The notes under the pieces were generated by a model. That model worked only from the letters and a program-made list of their open reading frames with translations, was not told the origin of the DNA and ran no database searches. A program made the position numbers and the translations under genes. From positions 1-50,071 of IMG/VR virus record IMGVR_UViG_3300001598_000010: a stretch of DNA of 50,071 bases; one strand, written 5' to 3'. Below, piece by piece: positions 43,073-50,071 of this stretch (its first letter is position 1; each line of letters opens with the position of its first letter). The stretch is from a virus.

Positions 43073-45613
43073 TTACTTTGCGGGTTTCAATGTCCGGATA
43101 TATGCAACCATTTCGTTGTATATGTCCGGCATATACATTTTGAAGATGGGATTCCCCAAGAATGCGTTTTCAAAACAATGGGCAAGATATTCGTGTTCTT
43201 TGAACCCCGGCGTGCGGAAATATGAATCAGAATGTCCATCACCGTATGATGGAACAAGTGATTTGATGGTGTCACGGGTTGAACAGACCATTTCAATGAT
43301 GTCGCGCTTACTGTAACCCCATCTTCGCAGACACACATCGTTATCCCAACGCCACGCAGCCGAACTTAATCTTTCCAATTTTTTATCAATGGCTTGAACC
43401 AAAGACCGCGCCTGATAAGTCTGGACAACATATTTCCCTTTTGAATAATCATAGGATCTGGCTTTGTAGGTCATTTTTGTCTTTGCTTTCAAAGCCTTGC
43501 TTTGGCGCGACCGCATTTCAAGGAATTCTTTGTCATCACCGTAAGGGATTCTTCGTTGGTCACCAACGGCGTGACCGAATTCGTGATATACGACAGATTT
43601 CTTTTTCCATTTTGAATCCTTTGCCCTCTTTTCGTTTGCAAGAACAACTTTATTTCCACCATCTTCATACGAACCACTATCATCGTTCTTGATTATCAAT
43701 TTGACCGGCTTCTTTGGGTCAAGAAGCGCAAAGAATTCCGGACTGAATTCATAATCTTCACCAAGAAGATAATCCGCGCCGATTTGAAGTTCTGGCGGAC
43801 AAGTCACCCTGACCGCATTGGCGTTTGCTTCGACATTCGCAATCTCCAATTCGATTTCCTTGGTGATAACTTCCGCATTGTGCAGCGCGGTTCTTTGTGC
43901 CTTGGTCAGCGAAACAAGTTTGGAAACATCGTTGTCTTTGCCATACTTCGCAATTGCCGCATTCGCCTTATCAATGGCATTACGATAATTGTCTTTGGCT
44001 TTCTGGATGCGTTCACGCAACTTGGCAACATTCAAAGAACCGTGTTCCATCGAATTGACAACTGACTTGTAATTTGGGAACTGTTCTTTCGCTTCATTTG
44101 CCATATATTCGTGATTCTGCCGGATGGCGGCATCAAAAGAACCAAGCCATTCACCGGCATCTTTCGCAACGGATTCAAATTCTTGAATGCCCCGTTCCGC
44201 CATAAACTTGAAATCGGCAATCTTCGATTTAAGTGCTTCATCAACCTTGGTATATTCGGCACGCAATTCACTTTCACGCCACCATTCGTTCTTCTGAACG
44301 GCTTCTTTCAAGTGTTGGGCATACAGATCTATTCCGGGAACTTCATTGAAATGACAAGCTGATTCCCATTCCCACAACATTGGGTAAAAATCCATCTTGA
44401 AGCGTTCCCAAAGCACTTTTGCGGATTGGTCAAGTTCTTCGTATGGAACACGGGATTCAATTGCCGGTTCAATCCCTGGTCTTATGGCGGTCATCAACGG
44501 CTTCAATCCCTTTGACAGATCCCCGGAAACAAAGTTGTCACGCACGAAATATGGCGTATTCTTCCAATACTTCTGGGAATCAAGGTTGTCTTTCACCCAA
44601 TCTTTGAACCCATCCGGAACATCGGTGACAGCATCCTTGGATTGGAAGTGTTTCGCCTGTGTTCCGCGCAATGCGGCTTTCAAGTCCGCCAATTCATTCT
44701 GGTTGAATGTTTCATCATCCATCAGGACAGGCGTGACATAGCACATACATTGAGGATGCCAACCCTTGAACTTGAATGTTTTCGGATATTTTCCGGCAAG
44801 GCGGTCACACAACGGACAATCGCACTTGATATTCTTGCTTCGATGGATTTCTATGCCCACAACGAAGTCAAGCTGTTGCCATCGTTGCCAATCGGCTTCA
44901 CGATATGCCATATTGATTTCCGATCTGGTCAAACGCATTGCGTTCTTGTACGATGACCGGTAAACACCTTGTCCGGGATGGAATGCTTTTGCAGCCTTGG
45001 AAAGAACCAGATTGCCGTGCTTGTCGCGGACACGCCTGAACAAGCGGTTTGGGTCTTTCAGACTTTGCCGGACATCCCTTGAAAGTTGGTCGGCACTCTT
45101 TCCCTCACCAAGACCGGCATCAAGTGCCAATTCAAGTTGGTCTTTGAACTGATCTGTGTATTTCCACACGCGCTTTGACAGATCCATTCCGTCAACCTTG
45201 CGTTCCTGAAAGGCTTTCAACCCGTCAAGATTGCGGTCTTGCATCGAAGCAAGCCTTTTGGATGACATCTTGGTCGTATCAAGGATGGATGCAAGGAAAG
45301 CATCATTCTTCTGGCAAGCAAACAGCCATTCTTTGCGTGAACCCTTGCTGATGACGGTTGTCACATTGGCGGTCAATTCGCTGATGGTCTTTGCCACCAT
45401 ACGCTTTGCGCCCGGATAGTCATCGAAAGAAAACACCTTTCCCGCATCCGGGTTGACATTTGCCACGCCGAACACGATGTCCGCTTCCGCACGCCTGAAA
45501 AGGGTTTCAACCATCTTGGCGTATTGTTCCGTATGTGAATAATGCGCGGTGTTCCATCCCTTGACGGAAAACGCCACGACCTTGCGCTTGGATGACTGTT
45601 GCTTCTTTGCCAT
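43073..45613 (-). CDS. MuF/SPP1 gp7-like head morphogenesis protein with a long C-terminal extension carrying an HExxH (zincin-like) motif
   Basis: 846 aa. MuF-like core with a Cys cluster (CDCPLCD...HPQCMC). HEFGH is encoded at 43571-43585 (residues 677-681). It lies directly downstream of the portal gene. Confidence 0.7.
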   Translation of the reverse strand: MAKKQQSSKRKVVAFSVKGWNTAHYSHTEQYAKMVETLFRRAEADIVFGVANVNPDAGKVFSFDDYPGAKRMVAKTISELTANVTTVISKGSRKEWLFACQKNDAFLASILDTTKMSSKRLASMQDRNLDGLKAFQERKVDGMDLSKRVWKYTDQFKDQLELALDAGLGEGKSADQLSRDVRQSLKDPNRLFRRVRDKHGNLVLSKAAKAFHPGQGVYRSSYKNAMRLTRSEINMAYREADWQRWQQLDFVVGIEIHRSKNIKCDCPLCDRLAGKYPKTFKFKGWHPQCMCYVTPVLMDDETFNQNELADLKAALRGTQAKHFQSKDAVTDVPDGFKDWVKDNLDSQKYWKNTPYFVRDNFVSGDLSKGLKPLMTAIRPGIEPAIESRVPYEELDQSAKVLWERFKMDFYPMLWEWESACHFNEVPGIDLYAQHLKEAVQKNEWWRESELRAEYTKVDEALKSKIADFKFMAERGIQEFESVAKDAGEWLGSFDAAIRQNHEYMANEAKEQFPNYKSVVNSMEHGSLNVAKLRERIQKAKDNYRNAIDKANAAIAKYGKDNDVSKLVSLTKAQRTALHNAEVITKEIELEIANVEANANAVRVTCPPELQIGADYLLGEDYEFSPEFFALLDPKKPVKLIIKNDDSGSYEDGGNKVVLANEKRAKDSKWKKKSVVYHEFGHAVGDQRRIPYGDDKEFLEMRSRQSKALKAKTKMTYKARSYDYSKGKYVVQTYQARSLVQAIDKKLERLSSAAWRWDNDVCLRRWGYSKRDIIEMVCSTRDTIKSLVPSYGDGHSDSYFRTPGFKEHEYLAHCFENAFLGNPIFKMYMPDIYNEMVAYIRTLKPAK

Positions 45614-45619
45614 ACGAAT

Positions 45620-45886
45620 TTACTTTGTTGTGCGCATTATGACATATTGTCCCTTTTCAATCTCCGAAAAAGTGATTGGATCTGTGTGGACTTTGATGAT
45701 ACCGATTGAATCGGCAATCCACACAATCCATTCATCCGAATAATGATGCGTTTGCGGCATTTGCAAGGCGGCATTATAAACGATGATGCCGGTCAAGATG
45801 TCACCGAAATCACGCTTCTTGCACTTATACGAATCCACAATGTGAACATTGTTCTTCGTTGCGGTGTACTGAATATCAATCATCAC
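45620..45886 (-). CDS. Hypothetical protein between the portal and MuF-like genes
   Basis: 88-aa ORF overlapping the portal stop by 4 nt. Confidence 0.5.
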   Translation of the reverse strand: MMIDIQYTATKNNVHIVDSYKCKKRDFGDILTGIIVYNAALQMPQTHHYSDEWIVWIADSIGIIKVHTDPITFSEIEKGQYVIMRTTK

Positions 45887-47337
45887 GCATCAAGTGTTGG
45901 TTCGCCAAGTTCGAATGTGTTGGCGGCACTCTGTTCTTCTTTCAACTTCTGCATCGTAAGTTCCGGGTTACGGGAAAGACCTGCCCTTTCAACGGATTCT
46001 TCCTGTGACACAACAGGCAAGTTGCCATTGGCGGTCATCCAGAAGTCCAGATCATCTTTTTCCGATGTGATGATGTAAGGTGTGATGGATGGCTTGATTT
46101 CCATCATCTGTGCATCTTTCTCCAACTTGGTGTTGAACTTGCCGACATACGCAAGAATGATGTTGGAACGCCTTTGAAGATATTCATCGAAGATTTCGCG
46201 CTTGTCCTGAACTTTCAAGTGGGCATCCATAAACAACAGCTTCAAGGCAATTCCGGAAAGGTTCAGACCCTTGACGGAATCAAAGCTGATGTCCGGTGTC
46301 TGGGTGATGGTGTAAATCATCCGCAAAAGCGTTTCGATTTCCAACTTGACGGATTCCGGTGCGTTCTGCCAAGATACATATTGCATCGTTGCGCCATCTT
46401 CACCCTCAATGACACTTCCGGATTCGCCTTTCTTCGACCATCCGTTGATCTGACCGGTGACAAAGATTTTCGGTGATGCGTGATAATCGTTGGTATCGGC
46501 GAAGTTGGACAGAAGCGTTTCAAGACGGTCAATCAAGCGGTCAACATCTTCCGTTTCGAAGTGCGGCTGATATGCGTAAACAACCGGAATCTTGCCGATG
46601 GCAACGGGTTTCGGATAACCGTCAACCAGAACATAACCGGCGGATGTGTTCTGCCAAAGATAATGGAACTTGTCCGTGTATGTTTCGAAGTATTCTGTTG
46701 TCACATTGTCCGTTCCGGTCTTGCTGAATGATCTGGAAAAAGCAAGCATATCACCGGAATCATCGAAGTACGGATAAAGTTCATCACCGAACATCGGCGA
46801 AACGATCTGGCACTTCAACTTGAACTTCGATGCGAACCCGTAAGTGGTGTGTTGATGTTCAACCGGATACCATATTTCGGCAACTTCCTTGTAGCTGAAC
46901 AACGCCCTTGCGACCTTACGGTTCAAGGATGTTGACTTGACATCATACAGAATGCGGTCAAAGGCTTTCTTGACCGCCTGTTGGTTCTCATTCTCCGGCG
47001 TTGCTTCGTAATCAACCGGATTGCCGAAAGTGAACGAAACGGCGCGGTTGATGATAAGTTTTTGCAACGCAAGACTGACCCTTGCAACCTTTTCGGTCTT
47101 GTAGGATTTGGATTCACCGCCCGTGTCAATGACTTTCTGGGCGGAATCTGATGCTTGGTCATCAGTAACGATGACACGCTTGTCAGGTCGTTTGATGACA
47201 TCGTTGATGTCGTGCAACTTGGGGTCAAGAACCTTGTTGGCGTGTGCGACATCCGGCTGCGGAATGTATCTTCTTGATTTCAGTTCCGCGATCTGTTCAT
47301 TGGCGGTTGCCAACTGAAAAATGTCTGTTATAGGCAT
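45883..47337 (-). CDS. Portal protein (SPP1 gp6-like)
   Basis: 484 aa. The size and the position after the large terminase are typical of portal proteins. Confidence 0.8.
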   Translation of the reverse strand: MPITDIFQLATANEQIAELKSRRYIPQPDVAHANKVLDPKLHDINDVIKRPDKRVIVTDDQASDSAQKVIDTGGESKSYKTEKVARVSLALQKLIINRAVSFTFGNPVDYEATPENENQQAVKKAFDRILYDVKSTSLNRKVARALFSYKEVAEIWYPVEHQHTTYGFASKFKLKCQIVSPMFGDELYPYFDDSGDMLAFSRSFSKTGTDNVTTEYFETYTDKFHYLWQNTSAGYVLVDGYPKPVAIGKIPVVYAYQPHFETEDVDRLIDRLETLLSNFADTNDYHASPKIFVTGQINGWSKKGESGSVIEGEDGATMQYVSWQNAPESVKLEIETLLRMIYTITQTPDISFDSVKGLNLSGIALKLLFMDAHLKVQDKREIFDEYLQRRSNIILAYVGKFNTKLEKDAQMMEIKPSITPYIITSEKDDLDFWMTANGNLPVVSQEESVERAGLSRNPELTMQKLKEEQSAANTFELGEPTLDA

Positions 47338-47356
47338 ATCGTGAAAGTTTTATGGG

Positions 47357-48838
47357 TTAATAACCGAACAAAGCCGCCACATCCGTGCGTTGCTTCATCG
47401 GTCGTTTCTCAATCGTTCCCGTCAAAGCATCCGGCGCATCATCGTGGGCATTGTTCCCGGCTTTCAGGTAACCGGTTATGGCGGCGGCAAATTCCGGAAA
47501 GATGGTTTTCCACCCTTTCGGCATAATGGTAAGGTTCTGGACACTTGCGGAATGGGAATAAATTCGCGCCTGTTTGTTCAGACCTTGGAAGAACCACTTG
47601 AACTTGGTGGTTGGATTGCCCAACAAGCGGGTCTGTTTCTCCACTTCACGGGCAAAGGAACGACCGCCGTTGTTGGATTCGATGACACATTCCGCAACCT
47701 TGTGCTTGGTCAGCATCTGGGCAAGTGCCGGTTCGGTGAATTCCATCGGCTTGGTCGTGTAGAGGACATCCACAATATAGTTGACCGTTTCGGTTTCATC
47801 ATAGATGATGGCACACAAGTAATCTTCGCCGGTGTCCGCCGTGTCAACATACGCCTTGCGCTTGTTGACCTTGGTTGCCGGTTTGATTTCGTATTCCACG
47901 AATCCGGAACTGTACATCAAACCCTCTGCGGGTTGTGGATTCTGTTGGTACAGGGATTCAAAGACTTGCGGGTTGCGTTCCCGGATGGACTGCAATTGCT
48001 TCAATGAATGCTTTGCTTCCCAAAGTGCCTGACCCTCTGTTCGTGGGTCATATTCGGTCGGCGCACCCTCTTTGATTGCCTTGAAGATGACAACAACCCA
48101 TCCATCAGGATTGGTGATTGGGTCGTAAACGCCTTGCACTTTCAACAGATGCCCGGCAAGGTCATCCGGATGCCATCTGGTGAACACCACAAGCTGTTGT
48201 GAATCGTTGTGAAGTCGCGTTTCCGCAACGGTGTCGTACCAATCTTGAATGTTGTCACGAATTCGTTCACTCCACGCGCTTTGGGCATCCTTGTAGATGT
48301 CATCAATAATCAGGAAGTCCACCGGTTCACCCGTCAATGCACCACCGACACCAACGGTCTTGAAGCCGCCACGATGCCCAACGAATTCACATTCTTCCGT
48401 TGTGCGGACATATCCAGATCCGTCATCATTGCCGTATGTGGATGCCGCAAGGCAAGTGTCCGGAAAGATGTTGTGATATTCTTCGCTGTCAACAATGCGC
48501 TGAATCTCACGATTGAACTTCATTGCCTTGGTGGATGAATAGGAAATGATGGCAATGCGTGAATCAGGATTCAAGCCGCCAAGGAAAGCGGGTAAACGCC
48601 TTGTCGAACCCTCTGACTTTCCGTGTTGCGGCGGCATAAAGACCATCAATTTCTTGACATTGCCGTGTGCGAAGTCATTCAGTACATTGTAATACTTCCG
48701 ATGAAAGTCCGCCGGTTCGAATCCGGGAAAGGTTGCTTGGGTGAAGCGCAACAGATCATTACGGCTTTCGCGGAAAAGCCGTTCTTGCAATGCCTGATAC
48801 AATGTAATCCTGTCCGATCTGTCAACCTTATTCGGCAT
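47357..48838 (-). CDS. terL: Terminase large subunit
   Basis: 493 aa. Walker A-like MPPQHGKSE, Walker B LIIDDIY and a C-terminal RNase H-like nuclease region with acidic residues (VDTADTGEDY, AHDDAPDAL). Confidence 0.9.
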   Translation of the reverse strand: MPNKVDRSDRITLYQALQERLFRESRNDLLRFTQATFPGFEPADFHRKYYNVLNDFAHGNVKKLMVFMPPQHGKSEGSTRRLPAFLGGLNPDSRIAIISYSSTKAMKFNREIQRIVDSEEYHNIFPDTCLAASTYGNDDGSGYVRTTEECEFVGHRGGFKTVGVGGALTGEPVDFLIIDDIYKDAQSAWSERIRDNIQDWYDTVAETRLHNDSQQLVVFTRWHPDDLAGHLLKVQGVYDPITNPDGWVVVIFKAIKEGAPTEYDPRTEGQALWEAKHSLKQLQSIRERNPQVFESLYQQNPQPAEGLMYSSGFVEYEIKPATKVNKRKAYVDTADTGEDYLCAIIYDETETVNYIVDVLYTTKPMEFTEPALAQMLTKHKVAECVIESNNGGRSFAREVEKQTRLLGNPTTKFKWFFQGLNKQARIYSHSASVQNLTIMPKGWKTIFPEFAAAITGYLKAGNNAHDDAPDALTGTIEKRPMKQRTDVAALFGY

Positions 48839-49325
48839 CGTTCAATTTCTTCTGCAAGTCCGCAATGCGCTTGTCAAGTTCTTCATCGGAAACACCCTTG
48901 AACAATTCACCGCCGTTCTTGCCGGTGATTTCGTTGGTCTGGCGGTTCTTCCAATGTTCAGGGTCACCGTTGGTCAATGTGAAAATCATTGCAACCGTAT
49001 CTGGCGCAATGTGGCGTTTGTATGTCTTTTGTTCCTTGATGGTCGGTTGTCCTTGCTTGTCCGGAACGGTGGTCACTTGCGTTTCCATCACTTCGTAACC
49101 GCGAATTTTCTTCAACATTGACTTCTTGGCTTCCGCCACAAAGAAGTCCATCCGCGCTTTATGGGCATCTTCAACCATCTGGTCGAATTCCGGCTTGGTC
49201 GCACGCCATTCGTGGAAAGATTTGGTCGTGATGCCAACAATCTTGCAGACTTCCTTGATGGTGTATGTGTCGGAAGAAAGCAATTCGATGATTTTGTTGA
49301 CGGTCTTTTGGTTGTACTTTGCCAT
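48828..49325 (-). CDS. terS: Terminase small subunit
   Basis: 165 aa. N-terminal HTH (TIKEVCKIVGITTKSFHEWR). It lies directly upstream of, and overlaps, terL. Confidence 0.7.
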   Translation of the reverse strand: MAKYNQKTVNKIIELLSSDTYTIKEVCKIVGITTKSFHEWRATKPEFDQMVEDAHKARMDFFVAEAKKSMLKKIRGYEVMETQVTTVPDKQGQPTIKEQKTYKRHIAPDTVAMIFTLTNGDPEHWKNRQTNEITGKNGGELFKGVSDEELDKRIADLQKKLNDAE

Positions 49326-49368
49326 ATCGCGTGCGTTTTTTATTGGGTTTCAGTCACTTTCGTAACTT

Positions 49369-49911
49369 TTACTTCAAGACAACCTTGAACCCCCTATCTT
49401 GTAACTCACTGAATAACAATGACAATTCGGTTTCGGACTTGCAGTCAACAAGCAACTTTGTGCTGATGACCTTTTTCTGTTCCTGTTCGGATGAAGCACC
49501 GCTTTCCTTGACATCAATTGCCCAATCCTTTGGGTTGATGTCAAACTTCTCGCATTGCGCCATTATTTCTGGAACATCCCAACAAAGATTGGCGGCTGAT
49601 GTAGCGTTGTCGGCGGCTGCCATTTCACGACCTCTTTTGGAATCAAGGTCAACATCGGTTCTTCTGGTCACGACAAGTGTGTCACCGGTGGTTTCAACGA
49701 TGACAACCTTATCCAAGCCGATGTTGGCGAAGTTTTCCGTTGTCTTGTTTCCGGCAATGATTCGGTTGTTCTTGTCCACGACTATTCCGCGACCCGCACC
49801 GAATTCGCGCAAGGACTTTTCAATCAACTGACCGCCGAATTCCGTTCCCTTGTTGAAATTATGGTTGTCCGGAACAAGTGCTTCAATGTTTGTTTCGATG
49901 ATTTTTGGCAT
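49369..49911 (-). CDS. ParB-like nuclease-domain protein
   Basis: 180 aa. The N-terminal segment (ALVPDNHNFNKG...GRGIVVDKNNRIIAGNKT) resembles a ParB/Srx fold. It lies upstream of the terminase genes. Confidence 0.65.
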   Translation of the reverse strand: MPKIIETNIEALVPDNHNFNKGTEFGGQLIEKSLREFGAGRGIVVDKNNRIIAGNKTTENFANIGLDKVVIVETTGDTLVVTRRTDVDLDSKRGREMAAADNATSAANLCWDVPEIMAQCEKFDINPKDWAIDVKESGASSEQEQKKVISTKLLVDCKSETELSLLFSELQDRGFKVVLK

Positions 49912-49915
49912 AGCA

Positions 49916-50068
49916 TCAGAAGATTATGTTGAACAGAAGAACGGCAATTGCCGCAACGATGATTCCGACAACAATGCCGGGAATCCGTGACCCTTGATGA
50001 ACGCCACGAACCCTTTTAGGATGTTGATAATCTTTTCCATCGTACTGAAAATTTTGTGTTTGCAACAC
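49916..50068 (-). CDS. Possible small membrane protein (50 aa, GTG start) at the circular junction; the frame is ambiguous
   Basis: This frame ends in the TM helix IPGIVVGIIVAAIAVLLFNIIF, 4 nt before the ParB-like ATG. A competing ATG-started 38-aa frame (49924-50040, MEKIINILKGFVAFIKG...) covers the same DNA. Confidence 0.3.
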   Translation of the reverse strand: MLQTQNFQYDGKDYQHPKRVRGVHQGSRIPGIVVGIIVAAIAVLLFNIIF

Positions 50069-50071
50069 AAA
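49973..50071. repeat. Right copy of the 99-bp terminal direct repeat
   Basis: Identical to bases 1-99. Confidence 0.9.

Larger units (their letters stand above)
1..49972. mobile_element. Complete temperate tailed-phage genome (siphovirus-like organisation), one circular unit
   Basis: Full set of terminase, portal, capsid, tail, lysis, replication and integrase genes. The window ends repeat the window start exactly (99 bp). Confidence 0.85.

Noticed and set aside
1-50071. Alternative genetic code (stop-codon reassignment) as the explanation for the in-frame TAA at 17929-17931
   Set aside because: All large genes (1547, 1366, 846 and 654 aa) are intact under the standard code and many genes end in TAA. 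A genome-wide reassignment is therefore not supported.

Overview
This 50,071-bp window is a complete, circularly closed genome of a temperate tailed phage with siphovirus-like gene order. Bases 1-99 recur exactly at 49973-50071, so the unique unit is 49,972 bp. A Bacteroidota host is inferred only from the integrase type, TAnnTTTG-like promoter boxes and the absence of Shine-Dalgarno sequences.

Nearly all lytic genes lie on the minus strand:
- Packaging and head: ParB-like protein, TerS, TerL, portal, MuF-like protein, scaffold, decoration protein, lambda gpE-like capsid.
- Neck and tail: major tail protein, G/GT chaperones, tape measure, Dit-like proteins, a 1547-aa collagen-repeat tail protein.
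- A DGR cassette, then a lysis cassette (holin, GH108 endolysin, spanin-like lipoprotein).
- An early operon: HTH regulators, SbcC-like ATPase, RecT, MBL nuclease, DnaD-like and DnaC-like replication proteins, Rha antirepressor, C5 methyltransferase, DEDD exonuclease, MazG, SSB, RuvC.

The plus strand carries only the lysogeny module (XRE repressor, CI-like HTH, tyrosine integrase) and a 4.3-kb accessory island (38.7-43.1 kb) that splits the head module.

The most notable element is a diversity-generating retroelement (DGR):
- The reverse transcriptase is at 18458-19489 and the template repeat (TR) at 19657-19773.
- VR1 (19864-19980) lies at the 3' end of a tail-fiber-like gene.
- A second, remote variable repeat, VR2 (6703-6779), lies inside a small 171-aa gene of the early/replication operon.
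- By hand alignment, every TR/VR mismatch (16 and 10) falls on a TR adenine.

Other points worth a second look:
- The accessory island encodes a radical SAM enzyme preceded by a Cys-rich mini-ORF. Its promoter region carries an exact 17-bp copy of a sequence from the immunity switch.
- A repeat-dense 730-bp non-coding region follows the integrase and is a candidate attP.
- The MuF-like protein has a C-terminal HExxH domain.
- Three ORFs look interrupted: two by 1-nt frameshifts and one by an in-frame TAA.

All functional calls rest on motif recognition and synteny read by eye. No database search was run.
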